Shown: piece after piece, positions 18,215 to 26,963 of the stretch | How the letters are laid out: each line of letters begins with the position of its first letter | Numbering within the stretch: the first letter of the stretch is position 1 | Assembly (NCBI GenBank): GCA_913058135.1 | Contig: CAJXPR010000002.1 | Location: forward strand, 12,119-76,118 | DNA length: 64,000 bases | Reading direction: 5' to 3' | Origin: an uncultured Gammaproteobacteria bacterium | Lineage (GTDB): Bacteria; Pseudomonadota; Gammaproteobacteria; Pseudomonadales; Pseudohongiellaceae | The notes under the pieces: generated by a model | What the model was told of the DNA's origin: nothing | The model's database searches: none | Seen by the model: the letters and a program-made list of their open reading frames with translations, nothing else | Translations under genes and position numbers: made by a program

Positions 18215-18686
18215 TCAGCCGTTCGCTGCCATGTCACCGGACCCGGAAGAACCTGTCAGCGTAACCGCGTCGACCTGCCCAATGCGTTTATAGCCCACTA
18301 GCTGAACCACGCCCCAGGTAATCTCCGGAATCAGGAAGAACCACAAAATCCCGGTGCCCTGCCCACCGAACAGCACCCAGGCCATGGCAATGCTGAACAT
18401 GAACCGGCACACGGCGTCGTAAATGCCATACCTCGGCTCCGGATGAATAACCCGCAGCAACGACCAGATGACCACCACGCTGCCCAGCAGGTTAACAAAA
18501 AAAACATGCATGGGCTCAAAGTCCGGGAAGGTTCCTGACAGCTCGAAGTACTGGTGAATCGACTGTAGCAGGTTCAACTTTCGGGGCAGCCAGTATTGGC
18601 ACCGCAAAAGCAGCGGCGGTGACCAGATCATAGATGGCGCTGGCACGGACCAGTCTCTGGTATGGGCTTAGCTGAATAGTACTCAT
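18215..18686 (-). pseudogene. Membrane protein, apparently frameshifted (1 extra nt) about 34 codons in
   Basis: ATG at 18686 with GGAG 6 nt upstream encodes MSTIQLSPYQRLVRASAIYDLVTAAAFAVPILAA... (TM-like) and stops at 18516. The long ORF (18215..18646), in another frame, encodes ...LNLLQSIHQYFELSGTFPDFEPMHVFFVNLLGSVVVIWSLL... The switch lies at a CCCC run (gctgCCCCgaaag, about 18585). The length 472 nt is not divisible by 3. Confidence 0.45.
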
Positions 18687-18720
18687 GGTTCACTCCATTT
18701 TTATTGACGGAATGATGAGC

Positions 18721-19104
18721 CTAAACCTTGTCCCTTGGGTCAGAGTCAACAAAACACGGCGACTTTTTCAGTTCAAGTTCTAGCTCAGCCAGCTGCGCAT
18801 CGGCGTCCTGCAATTTGTTCACCTGCTCTGCGATATGCTGTCGCTTGTCTGCAACCGCCTGCAAAATCACCGGTGGTGGCAGTCCGCGGCGCGTATCGAC
18901 GCCGGCAAACACCTGTTTAAGCTCTGCCAGCGTAAAGCCTTGCTGCTGCGCCAGTTTGATCTGTCGGACAGTTTCTACATAAGTGTCATCGTAAACCCGG
19001 TAGCTGCCCTGACGTTTGGCCAGAGGCAACAGCCCGATCGACTCATAATAACGAATCGTTTTGGGAGTGGTTTGAGTCCGTCTGCAAAATTCACCGATAT
19101 ACAT
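18721..19104 (-). CDS. MerR-family transcriptional regulator
   Basis: MYIGEFCRRTQTTPKTIRYYESIGLLP (MerR HTH), followed by a coiled coil. Confidence 0.85.
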   Translation of the reverse strand: MYIGEFCRRTQTTPKTIRYYESIGLLPLAKRQGSYRVYDDTYVETVRQIKLAQQQGFTLAELKQVFAGVDTRRGLPPPVILQAVADKRQHIAEQVNKLQDADAQLAELELELKKSPCFVDSDPRDKV

Positions 19105-19136
19105 TGGCGTTACCCGGGTGCTGGCAAGGCCGCCGC

Positions 19137-20933
19137 TCAACCAATTTCAACCAACACATCACCCGGCGTCACCCGATCGCCTTTTTGAATATGCACCGCA
19201 GCCACTTTGCCTGACGTTGGTGCCTTGATTTCGGTCTCCATCTTCATCGCTTCAATGACCAGCACCGGTTCGCCTGCGGCAACGTCATCACCTTCCTTGA
19301 CCAATACATCAACAATATTGCCCGGCATGGTGGTGGTGACCTGACCTTCGTTGGTGACCTTCTCGCGCTTGCCAGGGCCACTGCCCTTCTGGAATTCGCC
19401 CAGCGATTCCAGCGCTATCTCTTCGGGTACACCGTCTATGGTCATGTAGAAACGACGCTTGGTTTCACTGGTGGGGCTGGCACCGGTAACATGCACATCG
19501 TAACTCTCACCATGCACGGTAATCTTGAATTCAGTGGAAATATTGCCTGACTGACCAGCACTGGGCAGCGGCTCCAGTGGCTCCGGCTGCAGGGTGCCGG
19601 CCTGACGCTGTTCAAGATAGGTTCGCGCCTGGTCGGGAAACATGGCAAAGGTCAATACATCTTCTTCGCTTTCTGCCAGGTCTCCGATTTGCGATTTGAG
19701 TTTGTGGAATTCGTTAGGCAGCAGATTTGCCGGCCGCTCGTCAATCAGCTCTTCGTTGCCGACCGCACGACGCTGCAACTCCTGGTTGATCTCGCCGGGC
19801 GCCTGCCCGTACCAGCCCTGCAGGTATTTTTTAACCTCGTTAGTGATAGTCTCATAGCGCTTGCCCGTGAGCACATTGGCCACCGCCTGGGCGCCGACCA
19901 GTTGTGACGTTGGTGTCACCAGGGGCGGATAGCCCAGATCCGCCCGCACCTTGGGTATTTCGATAAATACATCGCGAATCTTGTCCAGCGCGCCCTGCTC
20001 CTTGAGCTGATTGGCCAGGTTGGACATCATGCCACCTGGCACCTGTGACATCAGGACCGCTGTATCAACGCCGTTATATTCACTTTCAAACTGGTGATAT
20101 TTTTTGCGCACATTGCGGAAATGGTTATTGGCCTGCTCCAGCAATGCCAGGTCCAGCCCGGTTTCATAACCGGCATCATGCAACGCGGCCACCACCGATT
20201 CGGTCGGTGGGTGGCTGGTACCGCCGGCAAATGCCGACAGCGCCGTATCCAGATGATCAACCCCAGCGTCCAGCGCGGCCCAGTGGCACATGGTTGCCAT
20301 GCCGGAGGTGTAGTGGCTGTGCAGGAAAACCGGCAATTCCAGGTTCTTTTTCAGCGCCGAGACCAGATCAAAGGTAGCCTGCGGCGTCAGCAGCCCGGCC
20401 ATGTCCTTGATGGCGATACTGTCCACACCCATATCCGCCATGGTTTTTGCCTGGTCCAGGAAGGTCTGCGTGCCATGCACAGGGCTGATGGTGTAGCACA
20501 GCGTACCCTGGGCGTGCTTGCCCGCTTTCTTCACCGCCTTGATGCTGGTCTCCAGATTGCGCACGTCATTCATGGCATCAAAAATGCGGAACACATCAAT
20601 GCCATTGTCAGCCGCTTTCTGGCAGAACGCTTCCACCACATCATCGGCGTAGTGGCGATAGCCCAACAGATTCTGCCCGCGCAGCAGCATCTGCAGGCGG
20701 GTGTTGGGCAGTGCTTTTTTTAATTGTCGCAGCCGTGCCCAGGGATCTTCCTTGAGGAAGCGCACGCAGGCATCAAAGGTCGCCCCGCCCCAGCACTCCA
20801 GCGACCAGTAACCGGCCTGGTCCAGCCATTCGCAGGCCGGCAATATGTCCTCGGTGCGCATGCGGGTGGCAATCAGGGATTGATGGGCATCCCGAAGGAT
20901 GACGTCAGTAATATGGATTTTACGTTTACTCAT
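19137..20933 (-). CDS. pycB: Pyruvate carboxylase subunit B (carboxyltransferase plus biotinyl carrier; OadA-like)
   Basis: HITDVILRDAHQS..., TIM-barrel carboxyltransferase, C-terminal biotinylation motif EAMKMETEI. It lies immediately downstream of a biotin carboxylase gene. Confidence 0.9.
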   Translation of the reverse strand: MSKRKIHITDVILRDAHQSLIATRMRTEDILPACEWLDQAGYWSLECWGGATFDACVRFLKEDPWARLRQLKKALPNTRLQMLLRGQNLLGYRHYADDVVEAFCQKAADNGIDVFRIFDAMNDVRNLETSIKAVKKAGKHAQGTLCYTISPVHGTQTFLDQAKTMADMGVDSIAIKDMAGLLTPQATFDLVSALKKNLELPVFLHSHYTSGMATMCHWAALDAGVDHLDTALSAFAGGTSHPPTESVVAALHDAGYETGLDLALLEQANNHFRNVRKKYHQFESEYNGVDTAVLMSQVPGGMMSNLANQLKEQGALDKIRDVFIEIPKVRADLGYPPLVTPTSQLVGAQAVANVLTGKRYETITNEVKKYLQGWYGQAPGEINQELQRRAVGNEELIDERPANLLPNEFHKLKSQIGDLAESEEDVLTFAMFPDQARTYLEQRQAGTLQPEPLEPLPSAGQSGNISTEFKITVHGESYDVHVTGASPTSETKRRFYMTIDGVPEEIALESLGEFQKGSGPGKREKVTNEGQVTTTMPGNIVDVLVKEGDDVAAGEPVLVIEAMKMETEIKAPTSGKVAAVHIQKGDRVTPGDVLVEIG

Positions 20934-20954
20934 TAAGCTCTCCCGATTCCCTGA

Positions 20955-22376
20955 TTACAGACCGGCCTGGGCGGCGATCGCAGTAGCAATGGCAGCGGCG
21001 ATGGTTTCCGGTCTGGATTTTTTACTGTATTCCAGCAGCTGCGGATGACTCTCGACAAAGCTGGTATCAAAGTTGGCAGCGCGGAAGTCCGGGTGCTGCA
21101 GTATCTGTTGGTAATAGGGTATGGTCGTAGTTACGCCATAGATACCCATGTCGTTTAATGCCCGGCGACTGCGGTCCAGCAACTCTTCCCAATCCATGGC
21201 CCAGACAATCAGCTTGGCGCACATGGAGTCGTAGTGAGGCGGAATCTCGTAGCCGGTATACATGGCAGCGTCAGTACGCACGCCCGGGCCACCCGGCGAA
21301 TAGTAACGGGTCACGCGGCCAAAACTGGGCAGAAAGCCGTTTTGCGGATCCTCGGCGTTAATACGAAATTGCGCAGCAAACCCGCGATAACTGATCTGAT
21401 CCTGACGGAAACGCAAAGGCTCACCGGCAGCTATCCGAATCTGTTCCTTGACAATATCTACTCCGGTAATAGCCTCGGTGATGGTATGTTCCACCTGAAT
21501 CCGTGTGTTCATTTCCATGAAGTAGAAATCACCAGCCGAGTCCAGCAGGAACTCAACGGTGCCGGCATTTTCATAACCGCAACCCCTGGCGACACGTACG
21601 GCCAGGTCACCGATGTATTCACGTTGCTCATCACTGAGTTGTGGTGAAGGCGCCAGTTCGATCAGTTTCTGGTTGCGGCGCTGAATGGAACAGTCACGCT
21701 CGTACAGATGAATGGCATTGCCATGGCCGTCGGCCAGCACCTGTACTTCGATATGGCGCGGATTGACCACGCATTTTTCCAGAAACACTTCGGCACTGCC
21801 AAACGCCTTGCTGGCCTCTGAGATAACCCGGGGGAAATTCTGGCGCAGCTCTTTCTCGCTGTCACAGCGGCGAATACCGCGACCGCCGCCGCCCGAAGTG
21901 GCCTTCAACATTACCGGGTAACCAACATCACCCGCCTGCGTCACCGCGTCCTCCACATCTTCAAGGTTTCCCTTGCTGCCGGGGGTCACCGGTACATTGG
22001 CCTTGATAGCGGTGGCACGTGCCTCAGTTTTGTCACCCATCATGCGAATCACGTCTGCCGAAGGCCCAATAAAGCGAATGCCACGCTCCTTGCAGATAGC
22101 CGCCAGGCTGGCATTTTCGGACAAGAAGCCATAACCGGGATGCAAGGCATCACAACCGGTTTCCACCGCCAGATTGACAATATGGTGAGGATTCAGATAG
22201 CCAGACAAGGGATCCTTGCTGATGCAATAGGCCTCGTCGGCTTTTTTGACGTGAAGCGAATACTGGTCCGCCTCGGAATAGATCGCTACCGCTTTGATGC
22301 CCATTTCCTGGCAGGCGCGAGCGATACGCACAGCGATCTCGCCACGATTGGCGATCAGCACTTTTTTTATAGTCAT
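20955..22376 (-). CDS. pycA: Pyruvate carboxylase subunit A (biotin carboxylase)
   Basis: MTIKKVLIANRGEIAVRIARAC..., ATP-grasp motif GGGGRGIR, and EMNTRIQVEH. Start taken at the Met that begins the conserved N-terminus (ATG 22376). Confidence 0.9.
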   Translation of the reverse strand: MTIKKVLIANRGEIAVRIARACQEMGIKAVAIYSEADQYSLHVKKADEAYCISKDPLSGYLNPHHIVNLAVETGCDALHPGYGFLSENASLAAICKERGIRFIGPSADVIRMMGDKTEARATAIKANVPVTPGSKGNLEDVEDAVTQAGDVGYPVMLKATSGGGGRGIRRCDSEKELRQNFPRVISEASKAFGSAEVFLEKCVVNPRHIEVQVLADGHGNAIHLYERDCSIQRRNQKLIELAPSPQLSDEQREYIGDLAVRVARGCGYENAGTVEFLLDSAGDFYFMEMNTRIQVEHTITEAITGVDIVKEQIRIAAGEPLRFRQDQISYRGFAAQFRINAEDPQNGFLPSFGRVTRYYSPGGPGVRTDAAMYTGYEIPPHYDSMCAKLIVWAMDWEELLDRSRRALNDMGIYGVTTTIPYYQQILQHPDFRAANFDTSFVESHPQLLEYSKKSRPETIAAAIATAIAAQAGL

Positions 22377-22452
22377 GCCAGAGGTCTCCAGCGTTGTTTC
22401 TGGTAAACCCACAGTTTAACAAAAGATTGACTGAGGAGTGTAGCTGGCATTC

Positions 22453-22926
22453 CTAATCGCCGTCGTTGCCCCAGGCGCGCACCATGACCAGATAGCTGTA
22501 GGACGCCGACCAGGTAATCATCATCAGTCCCACAAGCGCCTCGGTGCCTGCCAGAAACCGGATGTTGCCGTCAGCCGCCAGATCGCCCCAGCCCACCGTT
22601 GAATAATTTGCCGCTGAAAAGTAGACACAATCAAGAAAGCTAATCACCGCATACGATGCACCACTGATGCTCCCCTGCTCTTCCTGCAGCAAGAGCACCC
22701 AATAACCAACACCAAAGAGATAGATCTCGGCTATATGGGCAAACAACAGCACAAACATGGTAATCAGTACCGTAGGGCGGTGCTTGCTGGACACGCTACC
22801 CTTGCCGTGACGTCGGCCATACCACCGGTTGAGCAGTTGAATGACTTCGTAATGAAATACGATAACCACGCCCACGGTGAGCGCAGTGACCAGCATGACA
22901 ATTGCTTCCGGGGTAAAGGCCGACAA
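22453..22926 (-). CDS. Minimal ion channel (Ion_trans_2-type pore, K+ channel-like) with filter TVGWGD
   Basis: Hydrophobic helices flank a pore loop, FSAANYSTVGWGDLA. The protein is 157 aa with no cytoplasmic gating domain. Confidence 0.75.
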   Translation of the reverse strand: MSAFTPEAIVMLVTALTVGVVIVFHYEVIQLLNRWYGRRHGKGSVSSKHRPTVLITMFVLLFAHIAEIYLFGVGYWVLLLQEEQGSISGASYAVISFLDCVYFSAANYSTVGWGDLAADGNIRFLAGTEALVGLMMITWSASYSYLVMVRAWGNDGD

Positions 22927-23003
22927 AACGTTACCAGGCTCCGCTAATCAGGTGCGGCAAGCATAACATGGCTGGCATTGTTTCTGCTTGCTGCAGGCAA
23001 CTG

Positions 23004-23801
23004 TTACACACGCTCTTCGTCACGCAAAGTGAGCACCTCAAAGCCATCGGCCGTCACGGCAATAGTATGCTCCCATTGAGCGGATAGTTTTTTATCTGCG
23101 GTAACAACCGTCCAGCCGTCCTTTTTGGTTTTGACCCTGGCTTTGCCCTGATTGACCATTGGCTCAATGGTGAAGGTCATGCCCTCACGCAGGACCAGAC
23201 CCTGACCAGGCTGGCCATAATGCAACACCTGTGGCGCCTCATGCATCTCCCGGCCAATGCCGTGCCCGCAATACTCGCGTACCACGGAATAACCATGCCG
23301 TTCTGCATGCTGCTGAATAGCATGACCCACATCGCCCAGCGTGGCGCCGGGTCGGACCACATGGATGCCTGCCCACATGGCTTCATAGGTCTTGCCAACC
23401 AGTCGTCTGGCGAGTGGGGCTACGTCACCCAGCATATACATCTTGCTGGAATCGGCAATATAACCGCCCTGCTCCAGCGTGATATCAACATTGATGATGT
23501 CGCCGGATTTCAGCCACTGGTTTTGCGACGGAACGCCGTGGCAGACGACATGGTTAAGCGACGTGTTCAACACATATTGGTAACCATACTGCCCCTTACT
23601 GGCGGGCCGGGCGCGCAGCTGATCGACGATGTAGCGTTCCGTCAGATCATTGATCTCCATCGTCGACATGCCGACCACTACCCGCTCATCAAGGTAGGCA
23701 AACACGGATGCCAGCAACCTGCCCGATTCACGCATCAGCTGCACTTCAGCAGCATTCTTCAGGGTCGGGTCAACCACCGGCGGCTTTCCTGACGTCAACA
23801 T
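23004..23801 (-). CDS. map: Type I methionine aminopeptidase
   Basis: Metal ligands lie in conserved contexts: GDIINVDIT, YIADSS, CGHGIG, TIEPM, QWEHT. Confidence 0.95.
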   Translation of the reverse strand: MLTSGKPPVVDPTLKNAAEVQLMRESGRLLASVFAYLDERVVVGMSTMEINDLTERYIVDQLRARPASKGQYGYQYVLNTSLNHVVCHGVPSQNQWLKSGDIINVDITLEQGGYIADSSKMYMLGDVAPLARRLVGKTYEAMWAGIHVVRPGATLGDVGHAIQQHAERHGYSVVREYCGHGIGREMHEAPQVLHYGQPGQGLVLREGMTFTIEPMVNQGKARVKTKKDGWTVVTADKKLSAQWEHTIAVTADGFEVLTLRDEERV

Positions 23802-23976
23802 CGGCGTATTTCATCTGTTCCTGCATTATCCGGGAGAAAGGCAGGTCAGGATTGGCTTCAGCCAGCATGCCCATCTTTAGCCAGTACTCGGCCTGCGCAT
23901 TAATGGAGCGAACCATCACGGTGCTGGCCTTGCGAACTTCTTCGTGCAGCTCCTCACTGATTTTGACGATACCCAT
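23770..23976 (-). CDS. ParD-like family protein (antitoxin-like, solitary)
   Basis: MGIVKISEELHEEVRKASTVMVRSINAQAEYWLKMGMLAEANPDL matches the family I recall as ParD_like. No toxin gene is adjacent. The 3' end overlaps the map start by 32 nt. Confidence 0.7.
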   Translation of the reverse strand: MGIVKISEELHEEVRKASTVMVRSINAQAEYWLKMGMLAEANPDLPFSRIMQEQMKYADVDVRKAAGG

Positions 23977-24053
23977 GTCGAACCCTCAATATACGAAACG
24001 TATACGAATCATATACTGGAGATGGCCCGGCGACAAGACCCTGGCTGGTGACG

Positions 24054-25082
24054 CTAGATATGGTGTTGGCGGCCTCCATGACTTTCCCGCACCAGCGTCA
24101 TCAGTTGCGCTCGATTTTTCACGAACGTCTTCTGGTAGATACGGGACGAGTGGTCCTTGACCGTCTGCAGCGAAATAAAGAGCTGATTGGCAATCTCCTG
24201 ATTGGTCTTGCCCGCATATATACCCCGCAGAATGTCGGCCTCGCGCTTGCTGATGCCATATTTAAGCAGAAAATCATCCAGTGACAATAGCGACTGCATC
24301 AACGGGTCGGTGGCCTGATAGGTATAGATGACAACCATTGCCGTGTTAAAAAGGTAGAAGTAAAACACAAACACACTATTGTAGTGTGTGAGGTCTCTGA
24401 GCGGAGTGAATGCGGTCAGATGGATCAGCCCGGACGCTGTCGCCAGGGCAATCAGTAGCAGCCGCCCCTTCTCCTTGACAATGGGCTGCTTGCCAGTGCC
24501 CAGCGTGCCGGCAACAACCAGCAAGGTGACAAGTGCCGCACTGGACAAGGCCACCCGCACGCTATCCTGCGGCGATTCAGCGGCATACAGCACAGCGACA
24601 GCAACCAGGGCGCTGGCACCGATAGTGGCGGCCAGCAACACCACAAAAGGTCGTTTCTGAACACGAGCAGCCCATAACAGCAGCATTGTCAGGCTGACAA
24701 TAAAAAAGGGGGCACCCATATTAAACACCAGCCTGGCTACACGCTCGACGTTGTCCATGGCCATGAATCCCGAGAGCAGCATGCCACTCCACAGGCTGTA
24801 GTACCCGTAGACGTAAAGCAGGATCAGAAAGGTCTGCAGGTACTGAAAACTACTGGCTGTGCGATTTTGCCGAAAACGGAACACCACCAGCAACCCGCCG
24901 GCGGTGATAGACAGACACAGGATAAAGCTTGCCCAAAGCGGCGTGCTGGCAAGGTTCAGGTTGTTTAACAGAAGCATATGAACGTCACGTGAAGCTATCC
25001 CGGTCGTCAGTGGTACCAGGAATATAGCACTACCTCCTGAACCGGGGCCCCTACCAAAGTAGGAAAAGGCCAAAATATGCAA
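24054..25082 (-). CDS. Polytopic membrane protein with a C-terminal LuxR-type HTH
   Basis: About 7 predicted TM helices, then ISKREADILRGIYAGKTNQEIANQLFISLQTVKDHSSRIYQK (LuxR/GerE HTH). Start uncertain; an alternative Met is at 24977. Confidence 0.75.
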   Translation of the reverse strand: MHILAFSYFGRGPGSGGSAIFLVPLTTGIASRDVHMLLLNNLNLASTPLWASFILCLSITAGGLLVVFRFRQNRTASSFQYLQTFLILLYVYGYYSLWSGMLLSGFMAMDNVERVARLVFNMGAPFFIVSLTMLLLWAARVQKRPFVVLLAATIGASALVAVAVLYAAESPQDSVRVALSSAALVTLLVVAGTLGTGKQPIVKEKGRLLLIALATASGLIHLTAFTPLRDLTHYNSVFVFYFYLFNTAMVVIYTYQATDPLMQSLLSLDDFLLKYGISKREADILRGIYAGKTNQEIANQLFISLQTVKDHSSRIYQKTFVKNRAQLMTLVRESHGGRQHHI

Positions 25083-25191
25083 AACACTACCTTGGTAGCT
25101 GTGCAGGCTGACTGACCTGAGCCATATTGGCCGCCATGGGAGTTATGGCACTCCCCGATACACCACTTTTGTTATCGCCCTGGAGGCGGAC

Positions 25192-25860
25192 ATGAACGAC
25201 AATACGCAAAACCACATGGACAAGGAGGACTTTGAACCCGGCGTGGGCAATGCCCTGTCACGCGGCTGGACAGAGATGAAAGGCAGTTTCCTGGTATTTT
25301 TGTTGGCAGTGCTGGTGCTGAGCGTATTCATGACCCCGATAAACATGGGTGGTGAAGGTCATTACGACAGTTCACCGCTGGTCGGCATCCTGGAAACAGC
25401 CTACCTGTTTCTGCTCTATCCCATCATCAACTATGGTGCAGATCTGATCTTCCTGCGCGGCGTTCGTGGCGATCAGGTTGAAGTGAAGAGTGTTTTTGAC
25501 GGTTTCGGGAACTACGTCAATATCATTCTGGCATCGTTACTGACCACGGGTCTGATTGGCATCGGTCTGATTGTGTTTGTCGTTCCCGGCATCTATGTGG
25601 CATGCCGTCTGGCGTTCGTATCCTATCTGGTTATGGATGAAGGGCTGGATCCGATTGCTGCCGTGGAAGCCAGTTGGAGACTCACACGCGGCCACGCCTG
25701 GCAGATCTTCTTACTGGGCCTGTTGTCTGTTTTCATATTCATACTCGGCCTGATGCTGCTGATTGTCGGGGTCTTCCCCGCAATGATCTGGATCAAGGCG
25801 TCGTTTGCCGCGCTGTATCTTGCCGTGACCGACGAGGAGATGGAACCAGCTGAAGTCTGA
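25192..25860 (+). CDS. Integral membrane protein (4-5 TM; DUF975-like topology)
   Basis: The hydrophobic segment pattern is consistent with an integral membrane protein, and the C-terminus is acidic. The family call is tentative. Confidence 0.6.
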   Translation: MNDNTQNHMDKEDFEPGVGNALSRGWTEMKGSFLVFLLAVLVLSVFMTPINMGGEGHYDSSPLVGILETAYLFLLYPIINYGADLIFLRGVRGDQVEVKSVFDGFGNYVNIILASLLTTGLIGIGLIVFVVPGIYVACRLAFVSYLVMDEGLDPIAAVEASWRLTRGHAWQIFLLGLLSVFIFILGLMLLIVGVFPAMIWIKASFAALYLAVTDEEMEPAEV

Positions 25861-25861
25861 C

Positions 25862-26167
25862 TCACAATTTGAATGACGCCCAGACATTGTGCTTGCTGAA
25901 ATACCAGAGCATCAGAGGTGTTTCAATTGCCAGGTATGACAGCAAGGTAAACCAGAACCAGTTGGTGGTGAAAAGCAGCAGATTGAATGACAAGCCGGTC
26001 CCGGTGTACAGGATGCCTGAGACGGCAACAACGGTGGCGGTCGCCAGCAGATCATTGACGGCGATCCGCCAGCCATTTGCGCCACAGAACAACGGATAGA
26101 CGACCAGATAAGCCAGCAGCGCGACAGCCGTGTTCAGGGCAAGTATCAACAATTCCGGGCTAGGCAC
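25862..26167 (-). CDS. Small membrane protein (3 TM)
   Basis: GTG at 26167 with GGAGG about 7 nt upstream, overlapping the GST stop codon. VPSPELLILALNTAVALLAYLVVYPLF... Confidence 0.5.
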   Translation of the reverse strand: MPSPELLILALNTAVALLAYLVVYPLFCGANGWRIAVNDLLATATVVAVSGILYTGTGLSFNLLLFTTNWFWFTLLSYLAIETPLMLWYFSKHNVWASFKL

Positions 26168-26831
26168 CAACTTCCTCCGTGACAAGCACTTCCGGTTCGG
26201 CGATGGCCTGTTCATGCCACGCCTGGATAGCCTCATGGCCGAGAACCAGGTTCATGTAGCGCGTAGCCGGTTCCGACACCTCGACGCCGTAGGTATTAAA
26301 GCGGAATACAACCGGCGCGAACATGCAGTCAGCGATAGAGAATTCACCGAACAGCCAGGGTCCCGATGCTGAGCAGGTCTCCGGGTAGATCGACCAGATT
26401 TGTTCAATTCGCGCAATTTCCCTGCGCAGTGCCGCGTCCAGCGGGACCTGACGACCGGTGGCACGGCAGTTCATCGGCAACTGCCCGCGAATCTGAGGAA
26501 AGCCGGCATGCATTTCTGCGCAGCAGGCTCTTGCTTGTGCCCTGGCCACTGAATCAGCCGGCCAGCCTTTGCCGTCGAGATAACGCTCCGAGACATATTC
26601 ACAGATAGCGAGCGAATCCCAGACGGTTAGTTCTGCATCCAGCAAAACCGGTAATTTTCCGGCATCTGTGTACTGGGCCAGTTTTGTCTGCGTGTCGGCC
26701 TGGTCCAGGGCAATACGAATCTCCTCAAACGGCAGTTTGTGGTGTGTCAGCAACAGCCAGGGACGCAAAGACCAGGATGAGTAATTCTTATTGCCGATAA
26801 TCAATTGCACAGTTTTCTCCGACGCATGCAT
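26160..26831 (-). CDS. Glutathione S-transferase (YfcF-like)
   Basis: LIIGNKNYSSWSLRPWLLL..., VWDSLAICEYV, and a C-terminal helical domain. Confidence 0.85.
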   Translation of the reverse strand: MHASEKTVQLIIGNKNYSSWSLRPWLLLTHHKLPFEEIRIALDQADTQTKLAQYTDAGKLPVLLDAELTVWDSLAICEYVSERYLDGKGWPADSVARAQARACCAEMHAGFPQIRGQLPMNCRATGRQVPLDAALRREIARIEQIWSIYPETCSASGPWLFGEFSIADCMFAPVVFRFNTYGVEVSEPATRYMNLVLGHEAIQAWHEQAIAEPEVLVTEEVGA

Positions 26832-26891
26832 TCAGGCGATTTTCAGATATTGCCGGACGCGGTGTTGCCATATTCCATGCAGCCCCTGCCC

Positions 26892-26919
26892 TTGATGTCT
26901 GCGGCAGCCTGCGTATAGT
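26892..26919 (+). promoter_or_regulatory. Sigma70-like promoter candidate for the porin-BCCT operon
   Basis: TTGATG (26892-97), 16-nt spacer, TATAGT (26914-19), about 45 nt upstream of the porin start. Confidence 0.3.
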
Positions 26920-26963
26920 GCAAGCTAGTTGCCTCATTTACCCGTTAATTAAAGGCACCCATC

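Noticed and set aside
19137-22376. Reading the biotin enzyme pair as a Na+-pumping oxaloacetate decarboxylase
   Set aside because: No membrane beta or gamma subunit genes are adjacent, and the OadA-like gene is directly preceded by a biotin carboxylase. This arrangement is characteristic of two-subunit pyruvate carboxylase.
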